A stretch of DNA of 64,000 nt from the human T2T-CHM13v2.0 reference genome, Homo sapiens, in the NCBI RefSeq assembly GCF_009914755.1, contig NC_060942.1. The stretch is one strand, 5' to 3'. Positions within the stretch are counted from its first letter, which is position 1. The number at the start of each line of letters is the position of its first letter. A program made the translations under genes and the position numbers. Under the pieces are notes generated by a model. That model ran no database searches and was not told the DNA's origin. It worked only from the letters and a program-made list of their open reading frames with translations. Shown in pieces: positions 22,336 to 35,231 of this stretch.

Positions 22336-24703
22336 CTAAAGGAGTAGAACCTTTCTTTTCATAGAGAAGTTTTGAAACGCTCTTTTTGTGGAATCTGCAA
22401 GTGGATATTTGGCTAGTTTTGAGGATTTCGTTGGAAGCGGGAATTCATACAAATTGCAGACTGCAGCGTTCTGAGAAACATCTTTGTGATGTTTGTATTC
22501 AGGACACAGAGTTGAACATTCCCTATCATAGAGCAGGTTTGAATCACTCCTTTTGTAGTATCTGGAAGTGGACATTTGGAGCGCTTTCAGGCCTATGTTG
22601 GAAAAGGAAATATCTTCCCATAACAACTAGACAGAAGCATTCTCAGAAACTTATTTGAGATGTGTGTACTCAACTAAGAGAATTGAACCACCGTTTTGAA
22701 GGAGCAGTTTTGAAACTCTCTTTTTCTGGAATCTGCAAGTGGATATTTGGCTAGCTTTGGGGATTTCGCTGGAAGCGGGAATACATATAAAAAGCACACA
22801 GCAGCGTTCTGAGAAACTGCTTTCTGATGTTTGCATTCAAGTCAAAAGTTGAACACTCCCTTTCATAGAGCAGTCTTGAAACACCCCTTTTGTAGTATCT
22901 GGACCTGGACTTTTGGAGCGATTTCAGGGCTAAGGTGAAAAAGGAAATATCTTCCCATAAAAACTGGACAGAAGCATTCTCAGAAACTTGGTTATGCTGT
23001 ATCTACTCAACTAACAAAGTTGAACCTTTCTTTTGATAGAGCAGTTTTGAAATGGTCTTTTTGTGGAATCTGCAAGTGGATATTTGGCTAGTTTTGAGGA
23101 TTTCGTTGGAAGCGGGAATTCATACAAATTGCAGACTGCAGCGTTCTGAGAAACATCTTTGTGATGTTTGTATTCAGGACACAGAGTTGAACATTCCCTA
23201 TCATAGAGCAGGTTGGAATCACTCCTTTTGTAGTATCTGGAAGTGGACATTTGGAGCGCTTTCAGGCCTATGTTGGAAAAGGAAATATCTTCCCATAACA
23301 ACTAGACAGAAGCATTCTCAGAAACTTATTTGAGATGTGTGTACTCAACTAAGAGAATTGAACCACCGTTTTGAAGGAGCAGTTTTGAAACTCTCTTTTT
23401 CTGGAATCTGCAAGTGGATATTTGGCTAGCTTTGGGGATTTCGCTGGAAGCGGGAATACATATAAAAAGCACACAGCAGCGTTCTGAGAAACTGCTTTCT
23501 GATGTTTGCATTCAAGTCAAAAGTTGAACACTCCCTTTCATAGAGCAGTCTTGAAACACCCGTTTTGTAGTATCTGGAACTGGACTTTTGGAGCGATTTC
23601 AGGGCTAAGGTGAAAAAGGAAATATCTTCCCATAAAAACTGGACAGAAGCATTCTCAGAAACTTGTTTATGCTGTAACTACTCAACTAACAAAGTTGAAC
23701 CTTTCTTTTGATAGAGCAGTTTTGAAATGGTCTTTTTGTGGAATCTGCAAGTGGATATTTGGCTAGTTTTGAGGATTTCGTTGGAAGCGGGAATTCATAC
23801 AAATTGCAGACTGCAGCGTTCTGAGAAACATCTTTGTGATGTTTGTATTCAGGACACAGAGTTGAACATTCCCTATCATAGAGCAGGTTGGAATCACTCC
23901 TTTTGTAGTATCTGGAAGTGGACATTTGGAGCGCTTTCAGGCCTATTTTGGAAAGGGAAATATCTTCCCGTAACAACTAGGCAGAAGCATTCTCAGAAAC
24001 TTATTTGAGATGTGTGTACTCAACTAAGAGAATTGAACCACCGTTTTGAAGGAGCAGTTTTGAAACACTCTTTTTCTGGAATCTGCAAGAGTATATTTGC
24101 CTAGCCTTGAGGATTTCGTTGGAAACGGGATTGTCTTCAGAGAAAATCTAGACAGAAGCATTCTCAGAAACTTCTTTGGGATGTTTGCATTCAAGTCACA
24201 GAGTAGAACATTCCCTTTGGTAGAGCAGGTTTGAAACACTCTTTTTGTAGTATCTGGAAGTGGACATTTGGAGCGCTTTCAGGCCTACGTTGGAAAAGGA
24301 AATATCTTCCCATAACAACTAGACAGAAGCATTCTCAGAAACTAGTTTCTGATGTGTGTCCTCAACTAACACAGTTGAACATTTCTTTAGACAGAACAGT
24401 TTTGAAACACTCTTTTTGTGGAATCTGCAAGTGGCTATTTGGTTAGATTTGAGGATTTCGTTGGAAACGGGATTACATATAAAAAGCAGTCAGCAGCATT
24501 CTCAGAAAGTTCTTTGTGATGATTGCATTCAAGTCACAGAATTGAACATTCCCTTTCACAGAGCAGGTTTGAAACACTCTTTTTGTAGTGTGTGTAAGTG
24601 GACATTTGGAGCACTTACCGGCCTAAGGTGAAAAAGGAAATATCTTCCCATAAAAACTAGACAGAAGCATTCTCAGAAACTTACTCGTGATGTGTGTCCT
24701 CAA
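22336..24703 (+). repeat. Compound 14-mer HOR variant (2368 bp = 2035 + 675 - 342)
   Basis: Dimers C and B' occur twice (the MQTSESS ORF is at 22651 and 23326). Dimer D (GTGCCCTCTACTGAC / TTCGTGGG box) is absent. Confidence 0.93.
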
Positions 24704-27423
24704 CTAAAGGAGTAGAACCTTTCTTTTCATAGAGAAGTTTTGAAACGCTCTTTTTGTGGAATCTGCAAGTGGATATTTGGCTAGTTTTGAGGATTTCGTT
24801 GGAAGCGGGAATTCATACAAATTGCAGACTGCAGCGTTCTGAGAAACATCTTTGTGATGTTTGTATTCAGGACACAGAGTTGAACATTCCCTATCATAGA
24901 GCAGGTTGGAATCACTCCTTTTGTAGTATCTGGAAGTGGACATTTGGAGCGCTTTCAGGCCTATTTTGGAAAGGGAAATATCTTCCCGTAACAACTATGC
25001 AGAAGCATTCTCAGAAACTTGTTTGTGATGTGTGCCCTCTACTGACAGAGTTGAACCTTTCTTTTCATAGAGCAGTTTTGAAACACTCTTTTTGTAGAAT
25101 CTGCAAGAGGATATTTGCATAGCTTTGAGGATTTCGTGGGAAACGGGATTGTCTTCAGGTAAAATCTAGACAGAAGCATTCTCAGAAACTTCTTTGGGAT
25201 GTTTGCATTCAAGTCACAGAGTAGAACATTCCCTTTGGTAGAGCAGGTTTGAAACACTCTTTTTGTAGTATCTGGAAGTGGACATTTGGAGCGCTTTCAG
25301 GCCCATGTTGGAAAGGGAAATATCTTCCCGTAACAACTAGGCAGAAGCATTCTCAGAAACTTATTTGAGATGTGTGTACTCAACTAAGAGAATTGAACCA
25401 CCGTTTTGAAGGAGCAGTTTTGAAACACTCTTTTTCTGGAATCTGCAAGAGTATATTTGCCTAGCCTTGAGGATTTCGTTGGAAACGGGATTGTCTTCAG
25501 AGAAAATCTAGACAGAAGCATTCTCAGAAACTTCTTTGGGATGTTTGCATTCAAGTCACAGAGTAGAACATTCCCTTTGATAGAGCAGGTTTGAAACACT
25601 CTTTTTGTAGTATCTGGAAGTGGACATTTGGAGCGCTTTCAGGCCTACGTTGGAAAAGGAAATATCTTCCCATAACAACTAGACAGAAGCATTCTCAGAA
25701 ACTAGTTTCTGATGTGTGTCCTCAACTAACACAGTTGAACATTTCTTTAGACAGAACAGTTTTGAAACACTCTTTTTGTGGAATCTGCAAGTGGCTATTT
25801 GGCTAGATTTGAGGATTTCGTTGGAAACGGGATTACATATAAAAAGCAGTCAGCAGCATTCTCAGAAAGTTCCTTGTGATGATTGCATTCAAGTCACAGA
25901 ATTGAACATTCCCTTTCACAGAGCAGGTTTGAAACACTCTTTTTGTAGTGTGTGTAAGTGGACATTTGGAGCACTTACCGGCCTAAGGTGAAAAAGGAAA
26001 TATCTTCCCATAAAAACTAGACAGAAGCATTCTCAGAAACTTACTCGTGATGTGTGTCCTCAACTAAAGGAGTAGAACCTTTCTTTTCATAGAGAAGTTT
26101 TGAAACGCTCTTTTTGTGGAATCTGCAAGTGGATATTTGGCTAGTTTTGAGGATTTCGTTGGAAGCGGGAATTCATACAAATTGCAGACTGCAGCGTTCT
26201 GAGAAACATCTTTGTGATGTTTGTATTCAGGACACAGAGTTGAACATTCCCTATCATAGAGCAGGTTGGAATCACTCCTTTTGTAGTATCTGGAAGTGGA
26301 CATTTGGAGCGCTTTCAGGCCTATTTTGGAAAGGGAAATATCTTCCCGTAACAACTATGCAGAAGCATTCTCAGAAACTTGTTTGTGATGTGTGCCCTCT
26401 ACTGACAGAGTTGAACCTTTCTTTTCATAGAGCAGTTTTGAAACACTCTTTTTGTAGAATCTGCAAGAGGATATTTGCATAGCTTTGAGGATTTCGTGGG
26501 AAACGGGATTGTCTTCAGGTAAAATCTAGACAGAAGCATTCTCAGAAACTTCTTTGGGATGTTTGCATTCAAGTCACAGAGTAGAACATTCCCTTTGGTA
26601 GAGCAGGTTTGAAACACTCTTTTTGTAGTATCTGGAAGTGGACATTTGGAGCGCTTTCAGGCCCATGTTGGAAAGGGAAATATCTTCCCGTAACAACTAG
26701 GCAGAAGCATTCTCAGAAACTTATTTGAGATGTGTGTACTCAACTAAGAGAATTGAACCACCGTTTTGAAGGAGCAGTTTTGAAACACTCTTTTTCTGGA
26801 ATCTGCAAGAGTATATTTGCCTAGCCTTGAGGATTTCGTTGGAAACGGGATTGTCTTCAGAGAAAATCTAGACAGAAGCATTCTCAGAAACTTCTTTGGG
26901 ATGTTTGCATTCAAGTCACAGAGTAGAACATTCCCTTTGGTAGAGCAGGTTTGAAACACTCTTTTTGTAGTATCTGGAAGTGGACATTTGGAGCGCTTTC
27001 AGGCCTACGTTGGAAAAGGAAATATCTTCCCATAACAACTAGACAGAAGCATTCTCAGAAACTAGTTTCTGATGTGTGTCCTCAACTAACACAGTTGAAC
27101 ATTTCTTTAGACAGAACAGTTTTGAAACACTCTTTTTGTGGAATCTGCAAGTGGCTATTTGGCTAGATTTGAGGATTTCGTTGGAAACGGGATTACATAT
27201 AAAAAGCAGTCAGCAGCATTCTCAGAAAGTTCTTTGTGATGATTGCATTCAAGTCACAGAATTGAACATTCCCTTTCACAGAGCAGGTTTGAAACACTCT
27301 TTTTGTAGTGTGTGTAAGTGGACATTTGGAGCACTTACCGGCCTAAGGTGAAAAAGGAAATATCTTCCCATAAAAACTAGACAGAAGCATTCTCAGAAAC
27401 TTACTCGTGATGTGTGTCCTCAA
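24704..27423 (+). repeat. Two tandem 8-mer HOR variants (1360 bp each)
   Basis: Unit starts at 24704, 26064 and 27424; the 675-bp 4-mer containing dimer C is missing. Confidence 0.95.
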
Positions 27424-29458
27424 CTAAAGGAGTAGAACCTTTCTTTTCATAGAGAAGTTTTGAAACGCTCTTTTTGTGGAATCTGCAAGTGGATATTTGG
27501 CTAGTTTTGAGGATTTCGTTGGAAGCGGGAATTCATACAAATTGCAGACTGCAGCGTTCTGAGAAACATCTTTGTGATGTTTGTATTCAGGACACAGAGT
27601 TGAACATTCCCTATCATAGAGCAGGTTTGAATCACTCCTTTTGTAGTATCTGGAAGTGGACATTTGGAGCGCTTTCAGGCCTATGTTGGAAAAGGAAATA
27701 TCTTCCCATAACAACTAGACAGAAGCATTCTCAGAAACTTATTTGAGATGTGTGTACTCAACTAAGAGAATTGAACCACCGTTTTGAAGGAGCAGTTTTG
27801 AAACTCTCTTTTTCTGGAATCTGCAAGTGGATATTTGGCTAGCTTTGGGGATTTCGCTGGAAGCGGGAATACATATAAAAAGCACACAGCAGCTTTCTGA
27901 GAAACTGCTTTCTGATGTTTGCATTCAAGTCAAAAGTTGAACACTCCCTTTCATAGAGCAGTCTTGAAACACCCCTTTTGTAGTATCTGGACCTGGACTT
28001 TTGGAGCGATTTCAGGGCTAAGGTGAAAAAGGAAATATCTTCCCATAAAAACTGGACAGAAGCATTCTCAGAAACTTGGTTATGCTGTATCTACTCAACT
28101 AACAAAGTTGAACCTTTCTTTTGATAGAGCAGTTTTGAAATGGTCTTTTTGTGGAATCTGCAAGTGGATATTTGGCTAGTTTTGAGGATTTCGTTGGAAG
28201 CGGGAATTCATACAAATTGCAGACTGCAGCGTTCTGAGAAACATCTTTGTGATGTTTGTATTCAGGACACAGAGTTGAACATTCCCTATCATAGAGCAGG
28301 TTGGAATCACTCCTTTTGTAGTATCTGGAAGTGGACATTTGGAGCGCTTTCAGGCCTATTTTGGAAAGGGAAATATCTTCCCGTAACAACTATGCAGAAG
28401 CATTCTCAGAAACTTGTTTGTGATGTGTGCCCTCTACTGACAGAGTTGAACCTTTCTTTTCATAGAGCAGTTTTGAAACACTCTTTTTGTAGAATCTGCA
28501 AGAGGATATTTGCATAGCTTTGAGGATTTCGTGGGAAACGGGATTGTCTTCAGGTAAAATCTAGACAGAAGCATTCTCAGAAACTTCTTTGGGATGTTTG
28601 CATTCAAGTCACAGAGTAGAACATTCCCTTTGGTAGAGCAGGTTTGAAACACTCTTTTTGTAGTATCTGGAAGTGGACATTTGGAGCGCTTTCAGGCCCA
28701 TGTTGGAAAGGGAAATATCTTCCCGTAACAACTAGGCAGAAGCATTCTCAGAAACTTATTTGAGATGTGTGTACTCAACTAAGAGAATTGAACCACCGTT
28801 TTGAAGGAGCAGTTTTGAAACACTCTTTTTCTGGAATCTGCAAGAGTATATTTGCCTAGCCTTGAGGATTTCGTTGGAAACGGGATTGTCTTCAGAGAAA
28901 ATCTAGACAGAAGCATTCTCAGAAACTTCTTTGGGATGTTTGCATTCAAGTCACAGAGTAGAACATTCCCTTTGGTAGAGCAGGTTTGAAACACTCTTTT
29001 TTTAGTATATGGAAGTGGACATTTTGATCGCTTTCAGGCCTACGTTGGAAAAGGAAATATCTTCCCATAACAACTAGACAGAAGCATTCTCAGAAACTAG
29101 TTTCTGATGTGTGTCCTCAACTAACACAGTTGAACATTTCTTTAGACAGAACAGTTTTGAAACACTCTTTTTGTGGAATCTGCAAGTGGCTATTTGGCTG
29201 GATTTGAGGATTTCGTTGGAAACGGGATTACATATAAAAAGCAGTCAGCAGCATTCTCAGAAAGTTCTTTGTGATGATTGCATTCAAGTCACAGAATTGA
29301 ACATTCCCTTTCACAGAGCAGGTTTGAAACACTCTTTTTGTAGTGTGTGTAAGTGGACATTTGGAGCACTTACCGGCCTAAGGTGAAAAAGGAAATATCT
29401 TCCCATAAAAACTAGACAGAAGCATTCTCAGAAACTTACTCGTGATGTGTGTCCTCAA

Positions 29459-30476
29459 CTAAAGGAGTAGAACCTTTCTTTTCATAGAGAAGTTTTGAAA
29501 CGCTCTTTTTGTGGAATCTGCAAGTGGATATTTGGCTAGTTTTGAGGATTTCGTTGGAAGCGGGAATTCATACAAATTGCAGACTGCAGCGTTCTGAGAA
29601 ACATCTTTGTGATGTTTGTATTCAGGACACAGAGTTGAACATTCCCTATCATAGAGCAGGTTGGAATCACTCCTTTTGTAGTATCTGGAAGTGGACATTT
29701 GGAGCGCTTTCAGGCCTATTTTGGAAAGGGAAATATCTTCCCGTAACAACTAGGCAGAAGCATTCTCAGAAACTTATTTGAGATGTGTGTACTCAACTAA
29801 GAGAATTGAACCACCGTTTTGAAGGAGCAGTTTTGAAACACTCTTTTTCTGGAATCTGCAAGAGTATATTTGCCTAGCCTTGAGGATTTCGTTGGAAACG
29901 GGATTGTCTTCAGAGAAAATCTAGACAGAAGCATTCTCAGAAACTTCTTTGGGATGTTTGCATTCAAGTCACAGAGTAGAACATTCCCTTTGGTAGAGCA
30001 GGTTTGAAACACTCTTTTTGTAGTATCTGGAAGTGGACATTTGGAGCGCTTTCAGGCCTACGTTGGAAAAGGAAATATCTTCCCATAACAACTAGACAGA
30101 AGCATTCTCAGAAACTAGTTTCTGATGTGTGTCCTCAACTAACACAGTTGAACATTTCTTTAGACAGAACAGTTTTGAAACACTCTTTTTGTGGAATCTG
30201 CAAGTGGCTATTTGGTTAGATTTGAGGATTTCGTTGGAAACGGGATTACATATAAAAAGCAGTCAGCAGCATTCTCAGAAAGTTCTTTGTGATGATTGCA
30301 TTCAAGTCACAGAATTGAACATTCCCTTTCACAGAGCAGGTTTGAAACACTCTTTTTGTAGTGTGTGTAAGTGGACATTTGGAGCACTTACCGGCCTAAG
30401 GTGAAAAAGGAAATATCTTCCCATAAAAACTAGACAGAAGCATTCTCAGAAACTTACTCGTGATGTGTGTCCTCAA
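29459..30476 (+). repeat. 6-mer HOR variant (1018 bp = 2035 - 675 - 342)
   Basis: Unit starts at 29459 and 30477; only three CENP-B boxes are present (B/B', E, A). Confidence 0.94.
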
Positions 30477-33196
30477 CTAAAGGAGTAGAACCTTTCTTTT
30501 CATAGAGAAGTTTTGAAACGCTCTTTTTGTGGAATCTGCAAGTGGATATTTGGCTAGTTTTGAGGATTTCGTTGGAAGCGGGAATTCATACAAATTGCAG
30601 ACTGCAGCGTTCTGAGAAACATCTTTGTGATGTTTGTATTCAGGACACAGAGTTGAACATTCCCTATCATAGAGCAGGTTGGAATCACTCCTTTTGTAGT
30701 ATCTGGAAGTGGACATTTGGAGCGCTTTCAGGCCTATTTTGGAAAGGGAAATATCTTCCCGTAACAACTATGCAGAAGCATTCTCAGAAACTTGTTTGTG
30801 ATGTGTGCCCTCTACTGACAGAGTTGAACCTTTCTTTTCATAGAGCAGTTTTGAAACACTCTTTTTGTAGAATCTGCAAGAGGATATTTGCATAGCTTTG
30901 AGGATTTCGTGGGAAACGGGATTGTCTTCAGGTAAAATCTAGACAGAAGCATTCTCAGAAACTTCTTTGGGATGTTTGCATTCAAGTCACAGAGTAGAAC
31001 ATTCCCTTTGGTAGAGCAGGTTTGAAACACTCTTTTTGTAGTATCTGGAAGTGGACATTTGGAGCGCTTTCAGGCCCATGTTGGAAAGGGAAATATCTTC
31101 CCGTAACAACTAGGCAGAAGCATTCTCAGAAACTTATTTGAGATGTGTGTACTCAACTAAGAGAATTGAACCACCGTTTTGAAGGAGCAGTTTTGAAACA
31201 CTCTTTTTCTGGAATCTGCAAGAGTATATTTGCCTAGCCTTGAGGATTTCGTTGGAAACGGGATTGTCTTCAGAGAAAATCTAGACAGAAGCATTCTCAG
31301 AAACTTCTTTGGGATGTTTGCATTCAAGTCACAGAGTAGAACATTCCCTTTGGTAGAGCAGGTTTGAAACACTCTTTTTGTAGTATCTGGAAGTGGACAT
31401 TTGGAGCGCTTTCAGGCCTACGTTGGAAAAGGAAATATCTTCCCATAACAACTAGACAGAAGCATTCTCAGAAACTAGTTTCTGATGTGTGTCCTCAACT
31501 AACACAGTTGAACATTTCTTTAGACAGAACAGTTTTGAAACACTCTTTTTGTGGAATCTGCAAGTGGCTATTTGGCTAGATTTGAGGATTTCGTTGGAAA
31601 CGGGATTACATATAAAAAGCAGTCAGCAGCATTCTCAGAAAGTTCCTTGTGATGATTGCATTCAAGTCACAGAATTGAACATTCCCTTTCACAGAGCAGG
31701 TTTGAAACACTCTTTTTGTAGTGTGTGTAAGTGGACATTTGGAGCACTTACCGGCCTAAGGTGAAAAAGGAAATATCTTCCCATAAAAACTAGACAGAAG
31801 CATTCTCAGAAACTTACTCGTGATGTGTGTCCTCAACTAAAGGAGTAGAACCTTTCTTTTCATAGAGAAGTTTTGAAACGCTCTTTTTGTGGAATCTGCA
31901 AGTGGATATTTGGCTAGTTTTGAGGATTTCGTTGGAAGCGGGAATTCATACAAATTGCAGACTGCAGCGTTCTGAGAAACATCTTTGTGATGTTTGTATT
32001 CAGGACACAGAGTTGAACATTCCCTATCATAGAGCAGGTTGGAATCACTCCTTTTGTAGTATCTGGAAGTGGACATTTGGAGCGCTTTCAGGCCTATTTT
32101 GGAAAGGGAAATATCTTCCCGTAACAACTATGCAGAAGCATTCTCAGAAACTTGTTTGTGATGTGTGCCCTCTACTGACAGAGTTGAACCTTTCTTTTCA
32201 TAGAGCAGTTTTGAAACACTCTTTTTGTAGAATCTGCAAGAGGATATTTGCATAGCTTTGAGGATTTCGTGGGAAACGGGATTGTCTTCAGGTAAAATCT
32301 AGACAGAAGCATTCTCAGAAACTTCTTTGGGATGTTTGCATTCAAGTCACAGAGTAGAACATTCCCTTTGGTAGAGCAGGTTTGAAACACTCTTTTTGTA
32401 GTATCTGGAAGTGGACATTTGGAGCGCTTTCAGGCCCATGTTGGAAAGGGAAATATCTTCCCGTAACAACTAGGCAGAAGCATTCTCAGAAACTTATTTG
32501 AGATGTGTGTACTCAACTAAGAGAATTGAACCACCGTTTTGAAGGAGCAGTTTTGAAACACTCTTTTTCTGGAATCTGCAAGAGTATATTTGCCTAGCCT
32601 TGAGGATTTCGTTGGAAACGGGATTGTCTTCAGAGAAAATCTAGACAGAAGCATTCTCAGAAACTTCTTTGGGATGTTTGCATTCAAGTCACAGAGTAGA
32701 ACATTCCCTTTGGTAGAGCAGGTTTGAAACACTCTTTTTGTAGTATCTGGAAGTGGACATTTGGAGCGCTTTCAGGCCTACGTTGGAAAAGGAAATATCT
32801 TCCCATAACAACTAGACAGAAGCATTCTCAGAAACTAGTTTCTGATGTGTGTCCTCAACTAACACAGTTGAACATTTCTTTAGACAGAACAGTTTTGAAA
32901 CACTCTTTTTGTGGAATCTGCAAGTGGCTATTTGGCTAGATTTGAGGATTTCGTTGGAAACGGGATTACATATAAAAAGCAGTCAGCAGCATTCTCAGAA
33001 AGTTCTTTGTGATGATTGCATTCAAGTCACAGAATTGAACATTCCCTTTCACAGAGCAGGTTTGAAACACTCTTTTTGTAGTGTGTGTAAGTGGACATTT
33101 GGAGCACTTACCGGCCTAAGGTGAAAAAGGAAATATCTTCCCATAAAAACTAGACAGAAGCATTCTCAGAAACTTACTCGTGATGTGTGTCCTCAA
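30477..33196 (+). repeat. Two tandem 8-mer HOR variants (1360 bp each)
   Basis: Unit starts at 30477, 31837 and 33197. Confidence 0.95.
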
Positions 33197-35231
33197 CTAA
33201 AGGAGTAGAACCTTTCTTTTCATAGAGAAGTTTTGAAACGCTCTTTTTGTGGAATCTGCAAGTGGATATTTGGCTAGTTTTGAGGATTTCGTTGGAAGCG
33301 GGAATTCATACAAATTGCAGACTGCAGCGTTCTGAGAAACATCTTTGTGATGTTTGTATTCAGGACACAGAGTTGAACATTCCCTATCATAGAGCAGGTT
33401 TGAATCACTCCTTTTGTAGTATCTGGAAGTGGACATTTGGAGCGCTTTCAGGCCTATGTTGGAAAAGGAAATATCTTCCCATAACAACTAGACAGAAGCA
33501 TTCTCAGAAACTTATTTGAGATGTGTGTACTCAACTAAGAGAATTGAACCACCGTTTTGAAGGAGCAGTTTTGAAACTCTCTTTTTCTGGAATCTGCAAG
33601 TGGATATTTGGCTAGCTTTGGGGATTTCGCTGGAAGCGGGAATACATATAAAAAGCACACAGCAGCTTTCTGAGAAACTGCTTTCTGATGTTTGCATTCA
33701 AGTCAAAAGTTGAACACTCCCTTTCATAGAGCAGTCTTGAAACACCCCTTTTGTAGTATCTGGACCTGGACTTTTGGAGCGATTTCAGGGCTAAGGTGAA
33801 AAAGGAAATATCTTCCCATAAAAACTGGACAGAAGCATTCTCAGAAACTTGGTTATGCTGTATCTACTCAACTAACAAAGTTGAACCTTTCTTTTGATAG
33901 AGCAGTTTTGAAATGGTCTTTTTGTGGAATCTGCAAGTGGATATTTGGCTAGTTTTGAGGATTTCGTTGGAAGCGGGAATTCATACAAATTGCAGACTGC
34001 AGCGTTCTGAGAAACATCTTTGTGATGTTTGTATTCAGGACACAGAGTTGAACATTCCCTATCATAGAGCAGGTTGGAATCACTCCTTTTGTAGTATCTG
34101 GAAGTGGACATTTGGAGCGCTTTCAGGCCTATTTTGGAAAGGGAAATATCTTCCCGTAACAACTATGCAGAAGCATTCTCAGAAACTTGTTTGTGATGTG
34201 TGCCCTCTACTGACAGAGTTGAACCTTTCTTTTCATAGAGCAGTTTTGAAACACTCTTTTTGTAGAATCTGCAAGAGGATATTTGCATAGCTTTGAGGAT
34301 TTCGTGGGAAACGGGATTGTCTTCAGGTAAAATCTAGACAGAAGCATTCTCAGAAACTTCTTTGGGATGTTTGCATTCAAGTCACAGAGTAGAACATTCC
34401 CTTTGGTAGAGCAGGTTTGAAACACTCTTTTTGTAGTATCTGGAAGTGGACATTTGGAGCGCTTTCAGGCCCATGTTGGAAAGGGAAATATCTTCCCGTA
34501 ACAACTAGGCAGAAGCATTCTCAGAAACTTATTTGAGATGTGTGTACTCAACTAAGAGAATTGAACCACCGTTTTGAAGGAGCAGTTTTGAAACACTCTT
34601 TTTCTGGAATCTGCAAGAGTATATTTGCCTAGCCTTGAGGATTTCGTTGGAAACGGGATTGTCTTCAGAGAAAATCTAGACAGAAGCATTCTCAGAAACT
34701 TCTTTGGGATGTTTGCATTCAAGTCACAGAGTAGAACATTCCCTTTGGTAGAGCAGGTTTGAAACACTCTTTTTTTAGTATATGGAAGTGGACATTTTGA
34801 TCGCTTTCAGGCCTACGTTGGAAAAGGAAATATCTTCCCATAACAACTAGACAGAAGCATTCTCAGAAACTAGTTTCTGATGTGTGTCCTCAACTAACAC
34901 AGTTGAACATTTCTTTAGACAGAACAGTTTTGAAACACTCTTTTTGTGGAATCTGCAAGTGGCTATTTGGCTGGATTTGAGGATTTCGTTGGAAACGGGA
35001 TTACATATAAAAAGCAGTCAGCAGCATTCTCAGAAAGTTCTTTGTGATGATTGCATTCAAGTCACAGAATTGAACATTCCCTTTCACAGAGCAGGTTTGA
35101 AACACTCTTTTTGTAGTGTGTGTAAGTGGACATTTGGAGCACTTACCGGCCTAAGGTGAAAAAGGAAATATCTTCCCATAAAAACTAGACAGAAGCATTC
35201 TCAGAAACTTACTCGTGATGTGTGTCCTCAA

